DNA from: Thermococcus sp. JdFR-02
GTDB taxonomy: Archaea > Methanobacteriota_B > Thermococci > Thermococcales > Thermococcaceae
Assembly (NCBI GenBank): GCA_002009975.1
Contig: MTLP01000042.1
Coordinates: 224,001-288,000 of the forward strand
Direction: 5' to 3'
DNA: 64,000 bases
The notes beneath the pieces were generated by a model, which was not told the DNA's origin, made no database searches, and worked only from the letters and a program-made list of their open reading frames with translations. The translations under genes were made by a program, and so were the position numbers. The stretch's first letter is position 1. Every line of letters starts with the position of its first letter. This document shows positions 38,671-49,356 of this stretch, in pieces.

Positions 38671-40593
38671 TCACGCCCTGTAGACTTTAGCGTTTGCAAC
38701 CTTCTTTAAAATGGGAATATACGACATACCCGGGTTTATTCCCTTGCCATTTGTATCATAAATGTTAAGCTCAATGCCTTTCCTTCTCAATGCTTTTGCA
38801 AGCTCAATGATTTCATCTTTAATTCTCTTGCCAAAGAGAGGAACGTTTGCTTTTCCGTCGGTTATTAGAAATGCCCTAACTTTGATGGACTTATCTTTCA
38901 TTCTCTCTCTGTTGGCTAAAAGTAAAAGATTGTATAAAGCAGAGCTGAGAGGAGTCCTTCCTCCAGTTGGAACACTTTCTATTTTTTCAAACACTTCCCA
39001 GTAGTTCTTAGTTGGCGAAACAAAAACCTCAGCCTCTTTACCCTTTGCAACTATCAAAGCCATTTTTGACTTCTTGATGTAGCCGTTCTCAACTAGCTTT
39101 TCCGCTATTCCCTTTGCAATGCTTATTCTTCTCTTCACCGCCATACTTCCGCTTGAGTCTAAGAGCAAAACCCAGAGCGTAGGAGCCTTTGCCTTCCTAA
39201 CCCTAACGCGGACATCCTTTAGCTCAAGCTTTATCGGAGGCTTTTTTCCATTCAACACTGCCCAAATAGTCGAGTTGTAAAAATCAACATCCCTTATTTC
39301 ATCTTTTGGGGGTAGGTAGGAGACAGGAATCCCCTTTGGAAAGTTTACCACAGTAATGCTAACGTCCCTTGAAGAGCGGTAGCCTGTAAAGTCGTTGCTC
39401 CCAAAGTTTTTGCTCTCTATCCTTGGGATTGTAGCTTCGCTTGAGCGAAAATTGTGCCCTAAATTTCCGATTCCTTGACTTTGAGACTTCTGGTTTCTCC
39501 TTTCACTTTTTTCTTCCTTTCTGTGCTCATGCTTATGGTCGTGCTTGTGATCATGATTGTGCTCCTTATCATCTTTAGGCTTTGGCGGCTTCATCTGGGG
39601 CGGCTTTTGGAAGGGCTTGTCCCTCAAGCGGTGCGGTAAAGCTAACTCCATAGCTTTTTCCAAATCCTCAAGAGAAACCCTCCTTCTTCCGTTTAAAGCG
39701 GCTATTGCTTTGGCAGTTTTTATTGTAGTGATTTCAGCTCTGTTGGTCTTTATACCTAAATTAATCACAGCCTCAGCTAAAAGCTTTAGCAAATCATCAC
39801 TTATTTCAACTTTAGGCAAAAGCTCCTTTGCTTTAACAATCTTTTCTGTAAGCTTTTTCTCTTCGCTCTCAAACTTCTTGTAGAAGCTTATTGGGTCTTC
39901 ATGAAATTCCTCCACTCTTTTAACTATCTCTATCCTATCCTCTGGGTTCATTGGTGCTGAAACTTCAACACACAGGCCAAATCTATCGAGGATTTGGGGT
40001 CTTAAGTCGCCTTCCTCTGGATTCATGCTCCCGACTAAGATAAAGCGGGCTGGATGTCTAAACGAGATTCCTTCCCTTTCTATCGTGTTCCATCCCATTG
40101 CTGCAACATCTAAGAGCGAATCGGCTATGTAGTCATCTAAGAGGTTGACTTCATCGATGTAAAGCACTCCCCTATTAGCCTCCGCTAATATTCCCGGTTG
40201 CAGAGCTTTTTTGCCCTCTTTTAAAAAGCGCTCTACATCAATTGTTCCAACCAATCTATCTATTGTAACGCTTAAGGGCAAATCAACAACCCTCATTCTT
40301 CTTTTGGCAATTGGTAAGCTCTCGCCTCTTCCATATCTCTCATAGCAGCTGTCGCACATCTCTAAGGGGTTCATTGGATTGCAGTTGAAGGGACAATCTG
40401 CCACAACTTCAATTTCGGGCAAAACGTTAGCCAAAGCCCTAACTAGGGTTGATTTCCCCGTTCCTTTGTCTCCTTTCAATAAAACTCCACCTATTAGCGG
40501 ATTAACCGCTACACAGAGCAAGGCTAATTTAGCCTTTTCCTGCCCAACTATAGCAGAAAATGGGAAGATTAAGCGTTTTTCACGAGCTTCCAT
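38671..40593 (-). CDS. class I chelatase AAA+/vWA subunit (ChlI/ChlD-type)
   Basis: [37 protein letters not shown]; His-rich linker; DSSGSM, GGRTPL, TDG. Confidence 0.9.
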   Translation of the reverse strand: MEAREKRLIFPFSAIVGQEKAKLALLCVAVNPLIGGVLLKGDKGTGKSTLVRALANVLPEIEVVADCPFNCNPMNPLEMCDSCYERYGRGESLPIAKRRMRVVDLPLSVTIDRLVGTIDVERFLKEGKKALQPGILAEANRGVLYIDEVNLLDDYIADSLLDVAAMGWNTIEREGISFRHPARFILVGSMNPEEGDLRPQILDRFGLCVEVSAPMNPEDRIEIVKRVEEFHEDPISFYKKFESEEKKLTEKIVKAKELLPKVEISDDLLKLLAEAVINLGIKTNRAEITTIKTAKAIAALNGRRRVSLEDLEKAMELALPHRLRDKPFQKPPQMKPPKPKDDKEHNHDHKHDHKHEHRKEEKSERRNQKSQSQGIGNLGHNFRSSEATIPRIESKNFGSNDFTGYRSSRDVSITVVNFPKGIPVSYLPPKDEIRDVDFYNSTIWAVLNGKKPPIKLELKDVRVRVRKAKAPTLWVLLLDSSGSMAVKRRISIAKGIAEKLVENGYIKKSKMALIVAKGKEAEVFVSPTKNYWEVFEKIESVPTGGRTPLSSALYNLLLLANRERMKDKSIKVRAFLITDGKANVPLFGKRIKDEIIELAKALRRKGIELNIYDTNGKGINPGMSYIPILKKVANAKVYRA

Positions 40594-43500
40594 ATTTTAT
40601 CCACCTCCTCAATATTTTCACTCCAGTGCTCATCATCTTGGGCAGTGTAGATTTCAATCGTTCCACCTTGAACTTCCCCTTCACCAAGATGTTCCTCCAA
40701 AAGCCCCTCAATTTCAGAGTAAGCTTCCATAAGCCTTTCAATGAGCTCATCGCTCGTCTCCCACAAGCCGCGCTCATAAGCTTCAATCAAACGCCTTGCA
40801 ATTTCCTCAATAGCGTAGGGATTGTGCTCCTCAAACCATCTCCTCATCCCTTCATCAAGAACATACTTTTGCGCTATTTCATCAAAAATCCAGTCTTCAA
40901 CGAGCTTTGTTGTTGCTTCCCAGCCATAGAGATGAAGAATCTTCTTTGAGAACTCGCTCGCCCCTCTATAGCCGTGCTTCTTCATTTCTTCAATCCACCT
41001 GTCGTTGAGAAGCTTTGTCCTTGTTATTCTTTCAATCTCGACTTTAATATCAACAATTTTAGTATCGCTTATGTCTCTTGTATCGACCTGGATTATATCT
41101 ACATCCTTGCCAGTTAGAGCATCTACCGCTGTTTTAAATCCACCGTGATAGGCAAAATAACAGCAGCAGTTCGTTAAGTCATGCTCATCGCTTATGTGGT
41201 TTCTATTGATTACGTCAACGCTTTTGAGGTTCAAAACCAATGATTCATGAGCTTCAATGCCAAAGGCATCTTTTCCATAAGCGTAGCCGCTCCACTGAAT
41301 CCAAACCTTTGCTAAATCCTCCTCCTTTTGCCAACCCGATGACTCAACAGCTAAGTTTACACCAGCTCCATAAGCTCCTGGAGGAGCAGAGAAAACTCTA
41401 AACCTCGCAAACCTTTGGGCTTCTTCAAAACTTTTTCCTAGCTCAATTAGCTTTTTAATATGCTTAATGTAGTGCTTTCTAACGTAATTCATTTCTAACG
41501 GCTCATCCAAGATAACAACCTTTTCTATTGCTTCGTCGATGAGATATATGTAATTTGGCAAAGTATCTCTAACAATTCCGCTTATCCTAACCAGAACGTC
41601 AATCCTTGGCCTTCCGAGCTTTTCTAAGGGAATTACTTCAAGTTCAGAAACTACATCTCCTTTCCAGATAGGCTTAACTCCAAGCAAATAAAGAATTTGG
41701 GCTATTTGTTCGCCATCGGCTTTGTAACCGTCTATACTCCAAAGAACCTGCCCAATGCTTTCGGGATACTTCCCATGCTTCTTATTGTACTCTTCCAAGA
41801 GCTTTTCAGCAGTTTCAACCCCAATTTGCCAAGCTGCTTTGGTTGGCAAAGTTCTTGGATCAACTGCATAGAAGTTTCTTCCCGTTGGCAAAATCTCGAA
41901 CTTCCCTCTCGTTATGGCTCCCGAAGGGCCTGGCTTTACATATTTTCCTCCCACACCTTCTAAAAAGCCATTATATTCCCTTTCGCACTCGACAACTTTT
42001 TGAGCAACTTCAAGGGCTTTTCTAAACGGTTCCTCAAGCTTTTCTTTCTCCTTAACTTTGAATCCAAACTTTTCAATTTCTTCCTCAATGACATCAAAGC
42101 CTTCTCCATTAAGCAAACGCTCTAAGCTTTTAACTGCTATCTTGTGGAAAATCTCCAACAATTCTCTGTTCGTAAATCCATTTGTAGTCTCTAAGGGGTT
42201 CTTTCTTATCTTGTCGTAGTCCGCGCCTATTGCCTCAGCTATCGCCCTTCTAATCGAAGGGGAAGCGTAGGAATCGTAAGCCATTGCCGTGGCAATGTAT
42301 TCCGTCAATCTTTCGGGTTCTTTTGGTGGATACCCAAAGATATGAAGACCGAGATTAATTTGAGAACCTCTCATCAACTCAGCGTAGCGGTGGATTTCCT
42401 CTATCGTTTGCTCTTCATTTTCAGGGTTCGCTATTCTTATCTTGTTTCCTTCAGCTTCCTCCAAAATCTGCTCGTAAATCTTCTTTCTTCTTGCATCATC
42501 TCCCAGGCTCTTTGCCTTTGCATACTGATTCAAGAGCGAATCCAAATCATCCAAAACTTCAGCTATTGCCATTGGTGGATAAATGTGGTCTATTAGCGTT
42601 GCATAACTTCTTCTCTTGGCAATAACGCCCTCCATTGGATTTGAAACTACATAAACGTATAAGTGGGGAACGTCATCTAAGCTTGCCTCGGGAACACATG
42701 AAGGAGAAAGCCCAACGCTTTTCCCCGGCCTAAATTCTAAATAACCGTGAGTTCCAAAGTGAATCACAACATTGGCATTAAACTTCCTCGTTATCCACCT
42801 ATAGACAGCCCACCACTGGTGAGGAGGAGTTATAGTCGGATCATGGAGGATTCTACAAACTTTTCCATCACACCTCGCCCCAGCACAGCCGAACTTTGGC
42901 TGCGGAGTAATGAAAACGTTTCCAAACCTTATTCCAGGAACAACGAACTTTCCATCATAAACCATTCCAACCAATGTTTTGTCCACTTTTCCTGTCAAAA
43001 CGTCCTCTGGTCTTCCCCAATCTTTGACTATTTTTTCTTTTAAGTCCTCGGGAAGCTCATTGAACCACTCCAAATAATCCTCCAAGTTTACGAAGTCAAT
43101 TGCCCCACCATTTTTGACGATTTCTTCCACACTTGTCCATCTAAACTCACTTATCGCTTTTTTCTCCAAAATCATTCTTATTAGCTCTTCTCCATTCTTT
43201 GGAAGCTCTTCCCCAACATAGTAGCCTTCTTCTTTTAGCCTGTGCAGAAGTCTAACTATGCTCTCTGGAACATCCAATCCCATTCCCACTGCAATGCCGG
43301 CTTCGAGTCCCTTACAAGGCGGATTTATCAAAACTATTGCTATTTTAACGTCTTTCTTTGGCTTTTTCCTTAGCTCAATCCACTTCTTCACTCTTTTGAC
43401 GAGGTATTTTATGTGTTCTTCGTATGGTTCGCCCTTTTTGTAGCCCTCAATGTTTTTAGTTCCAGCTATAAATATCGGCTCAATTGCACCCGCGACTTCC

Positions 43501-44315
43501 GGAATTATCACCCCATAAACCTGCGTCATGTAATCAACGCCTTCTTTTTCCTTCCACTCTTTGAGGCTTTGATAATAAGAGCGAATTGGAGCAAATACTG
43601 GGACGTTTAGCTTTTCCAAATTATTTAAATCAACGGTGCCAAAGGAGATTAAACTTACCAGTGCCTCAATAATTGGTTTCCCATCTTTTATGAAGAACTC
43701 CTCAACTGCTTCACTCTTTTCTTTTCCGAGTCCTGTTGTTGAGTCTTTCCCATAGGCAAACACTGGAATAACCCCTAATCCTTCACTTTCAAGTGCTTTG
43801 ATGAGCTCCTCAATCGGGCTGAATTCTCTGTAAAGCCAAGCACTCCTCCAGAATAGAACTCCAACAATTGGTCTCTTATTATAAACCTCCAAATATTCAT
43901 CTAAACTCTCAAAAACCCCAAAATTTGGGTGGTAAATCCCATGCATTGGAACTTCTTTTGGCTCTTCATATTCTCTCTTTTCACCTGCCAAGTTTGCTAA
44001 AAACTTAGCTAAGTTCCTTAGATTCTCCTCACCACCGAGGACGTAGTAGGATTTAGCTTTAACTAAAATTTCTTGCGGAACGTTGTTTAAGCTGTCCATT
44101 GAAACAATCTTTGCTCTGCTCTTCCTTAGCGTCTCTACAACAACATCCGGAAGTTCGTGGGCATAAATGAAAATTACTTCTGCCCTTTCAACTTTTTCAA
44201 GCTCTTTCTCACAGTTCTGTTCTGTTAAAACAACTCCATCGATTTTTTCCTCTTTCAATATTTTCTCAAGCAAAGGCAAAGGTCTTGCACCGTAACCCAA
44301 TATGAAGCAGATCAT
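40569..44315 (-). CDS. CobN/ChlH-like chelatase large subunit
   Basis: [58 protein letters not shown]. Confidence 0.9.
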   Translation of the reverse strand: MICFILGYGARPLPLLEKILKEEKIDGVVLTEQNCEKELEKVERAEVIFIYAHELPDVVVETLRKSRAKIVSMDSLNNVPQEILVKAKSYYVLGGEENLRNLAKFLANLAGEKREYEEPKEVPMHGIYHPNFGVFESLDEYLEVYNKRPIVGVLFWRSAWLYREFSPIEELIKALESEGLGVIPVFAYGKDSTTGLGKEKSEAVEEFFIKDGKPIIEALVSLISFGTVDLNNLEKLNVPVFAPIRSYYQSLKEWKEKEGVDYMTQVYGVIIPEVAGAIEPIFIAGTKNIEGYKKGEPYEEHIKYLVKRVKKWIELRKKPKKDVKIAIVLINPPCKGLEAGIAVGMGLDVPESIVRLLHRLKEEGYYVGEELPKNGEELIRMILEKKAISEFRWTSVEEIVKNGGAIDFVNLEDYLEWFNELPEDLKEKIVKDWGRPEDVLTGKVDKTLVGMVYDGKFVVPGIRFGNVFITPQPKFGCAGARCDGKVCRILHDPTITPPHQWWAVYRWITRKFNANVVIHFGTHGYLEFRPGKSVGLSPSCVPEASLDDVPHLYVYVVSNPMEGVIAKRRSYATLIDHIYPPMAIAEVLDDLDSLLNQYAKAKSLGDDARRKKIYEQILEEAEGNKIRIANPENEEQTIEEIHRYAELMRGSQINLGLHIFGYPPKEPERLTEYIATAMAYDSYASPSIRRAIAEAIGADYDKIRKNPLETTNGFTNRELLEIFHKIAVKSLERLLNGEGFDVIEEEIEKFGFKVKEKEKLEEPFRKALEVAQKVVECEREYNGFLEGVGGKYVKPGPSGAITRGKFEILPTGRNFYAVDPRTLPTKAAWQIGVETAEKLLEEYNKKHGKYPESIGQVLWSIDGYKADGEQIAQILYLLGVKPIWKGDVVSELEVIPLEKLGRPRIDVLVRISGIVRDTLPNYIYLIDEAIEKVVILDEPLEMNYVRKHYIKHIKKLIELGKSFEEAQRFARFRVFSAPPGAYGAGVNLAVESSGWQKEEDLAKVWIQWSGYAYGKDAFGIEAHESLVLNLKSVDVINRNHISDEHDLTNCCCYFAYHGGFKTAVDALTGKDVDIIQVDTRDISDTKIVDIKVEIERITRTKLLNDRWIEEMKKHGYRGASEFSKKILHLYGWEATTKLVEDWIFDEIAQKYVLDEGMRRWFEEHNPYAIEEIARRLIEAYERGLWETSDELIERLMEAYSEIEGLLEEHLGEGEVQGGTIEIYTAQDDEHWSENIEEVDKIWKLVKNA

Positions 44316-45262
44316 AAAACCACCCCCATCACAAGTATAAGGCACAGTATGATAGCACTCCGTGTTGCCATTGAGATGAGCATAATCTTCGTTCCATCTT
44401 TAGCTCCATATAGACCAACATAATAGGGAATCAGCACTCTTAGGAAAGTGATATTCGCGAGAACTGATCCAAGAAGGAGAGACCTTATTAGAGCTTTTTC
44501 ACTTATTAATCCAGCTTTTAAGAGGTTTGCACCGAGAGTATAAGCCGCTATACTGCTTGCCATTGCACTTAATGCCACACTTATTTCTTCCGGCGAAAGA
44601 GGAAGGAAAGCTGCAAAATCTTTTACGAGAGAGGTTAAATACTCAAAAAACCCTGCTGCTATGAGCAAGGCGGTTATGTAAGTTGCCAAAACCATGGTTT
44701 TTAAAATCGGCATCGAGTGCTTCTTAGTTTTTGCTAAAACCTTTCTTAAAACTTTTTTAAATGGCTCTTGGGAATTTTTGGTGTGCTTTTGAACATTTTT
44801 TATTTGTTTTGGACTCTTAATTAAGAGTTTCCCAGCGAATGCAAAAACAGTTGTTTGAATAAATCCAATAAGAACCAAGATCCCAAAATAAAGCAAGCCA
44901 AGTGTCCCAAGCGTTGCCAGAAGAACTGGGATTAACGAGTTCCAGTGCCTAACCATTGCAGGAAATGCGTTCATAAGAGAGGCAATGTAGAGTTCTTTCT
45001 TGCCTATTTTTCCCTCTTTGTAAAAATCTATAAGCATGGCATTTCCTGCCCTTGTATTTAAAAACGCAGTTGCAAAGGCTAGAGCACACTCCTCTGGAAG
45101 ATTTGAAAGCTTAACAAAAGGTTTCCCTATTGGAGAGAACTTGTTAATAACTCCTTTCTCAATTAAAAGCTCAGCTATGAATATGCCAACCAATAACCCG
45201 GGAACAGAGCGTTTTAAAAAGCTAAATGCTATTTCCGTTGAGGTTATTATCAAGCTCAGCAT
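44312..45262 (-). CDS. nucleoside-recognition (Gate) domain membrane protein
   Basis: About 8 TM; two repeats LPEE..AF..F..G.AML / LSPEE..ALSA..G.NLL. Confidence 0.7.
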   Translation of the reverse strand: MLSLIITSTEIAFSFLKRSVPGLLVGIFIAELLIEKGVINKFSPIGKPFVKLSNLPEECALAFATAFLNTRAGNAMLIDFYKEGKIGKKELYIASLMNAFPAMVRHWNSLIPVLLATLGTLGLLYFGILVLIGFIQTTVFAFAGKLLIKSPKQIKNVQKHTKNSQEPFKKVLRKVLAKTKKHSMPILKTMVLATYITALLIAAGFFEYLTSLVKDFAAFLPLSPEEISVALSAMASSIAAYTLGANLLKAGLISEKALIRSLLLGSVLANITFLRVLIPYYVGLYGAKDGTKIMLISMATRSAIILCLILVMGVVL

Positions 45263-46032
45263 TAAACTACCTCCGTTTTTGGCATGATAACTCTAAATCC
45301 ATTGAACTCCAAGATGTGAATTGGAACACCGTAAACCTCTTCAAGTATCTCCTCTCTCAAAATCTCGCTCGACTCTCCAACGGCTCTGATCCTTCCTTCC
45401 TTAACCAAAGCTATCTTATCTGAATAAATTGAAGCCAAATTTGGATCATGGAGTGTTAGAATTGCTGTAATTCTCTCTTCTCTTGCGAGTTTTTTAATAA
45501 TCCCAAGGATTTTTACCTGATTTTTGAAATCCAAATGAGCGGTAGGCTCGTCAAGAAGAAGGACTTTTGGCTCTTGGACTAATGCTCTCGCTATTAAAAT
45601 CAACTGTAATTGACCTCCGCTCAGCTGGGTATATGGTCTGTCTTTAAAGCGCTCCATTCCCAAAAGCCTGAGCTTTTCGAGAGCTTTCTCATAATGCTCA
45701 TCTTTTGGACTCTCAAAAACGCTGAGCTGAGATGCCAAGCCCATAACGACGACATCTAAAACTGTGTACGGGAAAGGAGGATAATGGGATTGAGGAACGT
45801 AACCAGCTAACTTAGCCCTTTCCTTTAATGATAAAGAGTGAAAATCTCTGCCATCTATGAAGACGCACTTTTTCTTTGGCTTTAACAACCCATAGACATT
45901 CTTCAAAATCGTGGTTTTTCCACTGCCGTTTGGACCCAATAAAGTTAAAATCTCGCCTTCTTTAACCTCAAAGCAAACATTTTCAACGCTGAAATCGCCA
46001 TAACTGAATGATAAGCCTTTAACTTTAAGCAT
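45262..46032 (-). CDS. iron-chelate/cobalamin-type ABC ATPase
   Basis: GPNGSGKT, YVPQ, LSGGQ, LLLDEPT, LHD. Confidence 0.92.
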   Translation of the reverse strand: MLKVKGLSFSYGDFSVENVCFEVKEGEILTLLGPNGSGKTTILKNVYGLLKPKKKCVFIDGRDFHSLSLKERAKLAGYVPQSHYPPFPYTVLDVVVMGLASQLSVFESPKDEHYEKALEKLRLLGMERFKDRPYTQLSGGQLQLILIARALVQEPKVLLLDEPTAHLDFKNQVKILGIIKKLAREERITAILTLHDPNLASIYSDKIALVKEGRIRAVGESSEILREEILEEVYGVPIHILEFNGFRVIMPKTEVV

Positions 46033-47071
46033 GCCAACCACCGCCCGTCTTTCTCAATAGATAGGCAAAGAAGGGTATTCCAAGTAATGTGGTTAATATC
46101 CCGATTGGAATCTCATAAGTGGCTATTGATCTCGCTAAGGTGTCTGCCAAAACCATAAAAGAAGCTCCGAGGGTTATTGAGAGGGGGATTAGCTTCTTAT
46201 GGTCGGGTCCAAAAGCCATTCTAACCATGTGAGGGATCATTAAGCCAACCCATCCAATTATTCCACAAAAAGCGACAGAAGCGGCTGTTATAAGTGAAAC
46301 GATTAAGATAAAGGCAAACTTCAACTTTTCAGTCTCAACTCCAACGAGCTTGGCCTCTTCTCCAAAGGATAAAACATTCAGCTGCCAGCGCATTAGAGAT
46401 ATTATAATGCATCCAGCAAAAATAATTGGAAACGCTACTTTAAGGGAATGCCAATCAGCATTGGCAAAGCTCCCCATAAGCCAGTAAACCACACTCGCCA
46501 ATTTTTCGTGCTCCATTAAAAACTTCAATAGTGACGTTAATGCGGAAAAGAACGCATTAACTATAACACCAGCCAAAATTAGGGATACTGGGGTTATTCT
46601 ACCACCTATTTTAGCAAGAGACGTTGTCAAAAACACTGCAAGCAGAGCAAAAGCAAATGCTAAAGGAGTAACGCCCAAACCCAACGAGAGTCCTATGGCT
46701 AATGCAGCTCCAAAAGCTGCCCCAGAGGAAATCCCTAAAATATAGCTATTGACAAGGGGATTTCTAAATATTGCCTGCAGAACTGCTCCAGAGACTGCTA
46801 AAGCTGAGCCAACAATCATAGCTAAAAGAACCCGGGGAAGTCTTATTTTAAAGAGAACCGTTTGATAAACGCTTGGATATGGAATTTGAACATCAAAATA
46901 AAGCTTTCCAAGGGTTATTTTAGCCAAAACACCTGAAATAAGTTGGAGAGATTTTAAGAATGCCATATTTATTATGTCAGCCATTGGCATGTGATACGCA
47001 CCGATAAACAGACTTATGAAGAATGCAAAGATTGGAGAGACTAAAAGAAAAAGAAAGAGAAATCTTCTCAT
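46025..47071 (-). CDS. FecCD/BtuC family permease
   Basis: IRLPR, RNPL...GISSGA, GIIGWVGL..PH, EIPIG. Confidence 0.92.
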   Translation of the reverse strand: MRRFLFLFLLVSPIFAFFISLFIGAYHMPMADIINMAFLKSLQLISGVLAKITLGKLYFDVQIPYPSVYQTVLFKIRLPRVLLAMIVGSALAVSGAVLQAIFRNPLVNSYILGISSGAAFGAALAIGLSLGLGVTPLAFAFALLAVFLTTSLAKIGGRITPVSLILAGVIVNAFFSALTSLLKFLMEHEKLASVVYWLMGSFANADWHSLKVAFPIIFAGCIIISLMRWQLNVLSFGEEAKLVGVETEKLKFAFILIVSLITAASVAFCGIIGWVGLMIPHMVRMAFGPDHKKLIPLSITLGASFMVLADTLARSIATYEIPIGILTTLLGIPFFAYLLRKTGGGWHA

Positions 47072-47075
47072 CCTT

Positions 47076-49181
47076 TCACCCCTTTATCTTGTAGAACTTC
47101 TGAAGTATCTCATTGTAGATTGGCTCCCAGCCGGGATAGTATTCTGGATAAATTGCATGACCAAAGGCGTAAATTCCCGTTATGAACCTTGGTCCATAAA
47201 GAGCAGTTGCATCTTTCTTATATGAGCTCACTAATATCCCAACGACGTTTCCTTCTTTAACTGCTTTAATCTCCTGCCAACTTGGATCGCTCTTGATTTT
47301 CTCAACTGCTTCATTAAGTCTCTCTGCTTCCCAGTCAACAACAATTAGAATGTCGGTTTTATCTCCAAAGTATGCTATGAGCTTTTCTAAGTCAAGCTTT
47401 AGGTAAGGTCCTCCCTCGTTGACATCAAAGGCTAAGTTGTGTCCTCCCACAAGCTCAGCGGTTTCAGCATAAGCACTTCCTCTTGTAGAGACAGTTATTG
47501 TCCCCGTTGCATATTTACCAGTAATTGATGAGCCGTAAACTATAAGCACGTTTTTCTTCTCCTCTTCTGGTATTTTGCTCGCTATTTCAAGGGCTTGATT
47601 ATAATAGCGCTCCAAGAAGCTTGCCAGTTCTTCGGCTTCCCTCTCTTTATCAAAGACCTTTCCAAGCACTCTTATTATCCTAATGTTCTCATATGGCATT
47701 TCTGTTCCTGTCTTGTTTGAATCAGGAATTCCAAAGGCTAAAACTGGAATGCTAAGCTCTTCTGCTCTCTCAAATAGTTCCTTTTCCTTTGGCTCAAATG
47801 AGCCCCACCACAAGCCCATTACGATCAAATCTGGCTCTAAGCCTGCAACAGTTTCCCAATTAATACCTTTATAAACAGAGCCAATTTGCGGCTTTTGCTT
47901 AATGCTTTCTGGTAAGAATTGGTCCTTTGGTGTGTACTTGTCAATTCCCACTATTTTGTCATCTAAGCCTAAGCAATGCAAAACTTCAGCCCAATAACTG
48001 CTTGTAATGATGACTCTTTCGGGAACTTTTTCAAAGGTCACCTTTCTTCCAGCAGAGTCCATTACTTCCACTTTTACCTCATAGCTAAGCCCGTAGAACT
48101 TCTCAAATAACTCCTTTGCAATTGGCTTCCACTCTGGGTAATACTCTGGATAAATTAGTCCACCCATTTGGTAGACTCCCACGACTATCCTTGGTCCCCA
48201 GTCTAAGAATCCTTTAGAACCAGCCAAAATTCCGTAAACGTGACCTTCCTTAACTGCTTTAATCTCTCTCCATTTTGGGTCGCTTTTTATATTATCCACA
48301 GCTTTTTCAAGCTTCTCTTGATTAAAGGAGGTCACTATTATTACATCAGCTTTGTCTCCCCAATATGCAATAATTTTTTCCAAATCAAGCTTTGGCCACT
48401 GAGTATCGAACTCTTTGTCAAAAGCCAAGTTGTGAGCACCAACGAGCTCAACAATGCTTGCCCAGGCACTTCCCTTTGCATAAACTGTGATTGGGCCGTT
48501 TATGTCTTTGGGAGCATTTATGATAATGACGTTCTTCCTCTCATCGTCTGGGATTTGGCTGGCTAGTTTGTTCACTTCTTCCAACTTGCTCTTCATCCAA
48601 TTTGAAAGCTCTTCAGCTTTCTCTTCCTTTCCAAAAACTTTCCCCAAAAGCTCAACAACTTTAACGTTATCCTTCACACTTTTGGCGGTTAATGCTATAA
48701 CTGGAATGCCGATTTCTTCTGCTTTCTCAATCGTCTCCTTGTCCTTGTATTTGCCGCCATACCAGTCAGCGATTATTAAATCTGGCTCTAAACTTGCAAC
48801 ACTTTCCCAATTAAGACCTTTAAATGAACTCCCTACTGCTGGCTTTTGCTTAACTTCCTCGGGGATATATGGATTATTTGGAACGTACTTTCCAATGCCA
48901 ACAATTTTATCATCTAAACCAAGTATGTGGAGAATCTCAGTCCAATAACCTGTTAAAACAATTATTCGTTCGGGAACTTTCTCTAAAGTCACTTCTCTTC
49001 CTGCAAAGTCTGTGATTACCATTTTTTCTTGAGTTTCTGTTTGAATATGGGATGCACTTGTTGTCTTTTCTTGGATGGTTGAAGTGGATGTTGTTTCCAT
49101 TGGAGTCTTTTGGACGCATGCACTGCTAAATGCTAGGATGGATATTACAAGCAGCGCCAACAACACCTTGCTACTTTTCAT
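47076..49181 (-). CDS. lipoprotein with two tandem BtuF/FepB-type substrate-binding domains
   Basis: Lipobox SSAC, T-rich linker; TDFAGR..PERI..LEPDL..GPR repeated as MDSAGR..PERV..LEPDL..GPR. Confidence 0.9.
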   Translation of the reverse strand: MKSSKVLLALLVISILAFSSACVQKTPMETTSTSTIQEKTTSASHIQTETQEKMVITDFAGREVTLEKVPERIIVLTGYWTEILHILGLDDKIVGIGKYVPNNPYIPEEVKQKPAVGSSFKGLNWESVASLEPDLIIADWYGGKYKDKETIEKAEEIGIPVIALTAKSVKDNVKVVELLGKVFGKEEKAEELSNWMKSKLEEVNKLASQIPDDERKNVIIINAPKDINGPITVYAKGSAWASIVELVGAHNLAFDKEFDTQWPKLDLEKIIAYWGDKADVIIVTSFNQEKLEKAVDNIKSDPKWREIKAVKEGHVYGILAGSKGFLDWGPRIVVGVYQMGGLIYPEYYPEWKPIAKELFEKFYGLSYEVKVEVMDSAGRKVTFEKVPERVIITSSYWAEVLHCLGLDDKIVGIDKYTPKDQFLPESIKQKPQIGSVYKGINWETVAGLEPDLIVMGLWWGSFEPKEKELFERAEELSIPVLAFGIPDSNKTGTEMPYENIRIIRVLGKVFDKEREAEELASFLERYYNQALEIASKIPEEEKKNVLIVYGSSITGKYATGTITVSTRGSAYAETAELVGGHNLAFDVNEGGPYLKLDLEKLIAYFGDKTDILIVVDWEAERLNEAVEKIKSDPSWQEIKAVKEGNVVGILVSSYKKDATALYGPRFITGIYAFGHAIYPEYYPGWEPIYNEILQKFYKIKG

Positions 49182-49198
49182 GAATTTCACCACCAATC

Positions 49199-49226
49199 GT
49201 GCTACTAATTTTTATTTTAGTAATAT
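49199..49226 (-). promoter_or_regulatory. 28-bp imperfect palindrome, NikR-operator-like
   Basis: GTGCTAC-TAATTTTTATTTTA-GTAATAT (core TACTAA-N8-TTAGTA) between the TATA (~49250-49265) and the RBS. Confidence 0.55.
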
Positions 49227-49356
49227 CACAAAAAGCTCAAAGCGTGGATTTTTAACGCTTTTTAAAACAGACAGTTGGCAACCAAAGGTTGATCAAGGAT
49301 ACTAACTGCTAATTAAGCCGAAATTAAAACTTAAAAGAAGAAAAGAGCTCAAAACT

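Noticed and set aside
49197-49356. Cobalamin riboswitch upstream of the chelatase operon
   Set aside because: Leader is short and AT-rich with no B12-box-like sequence.
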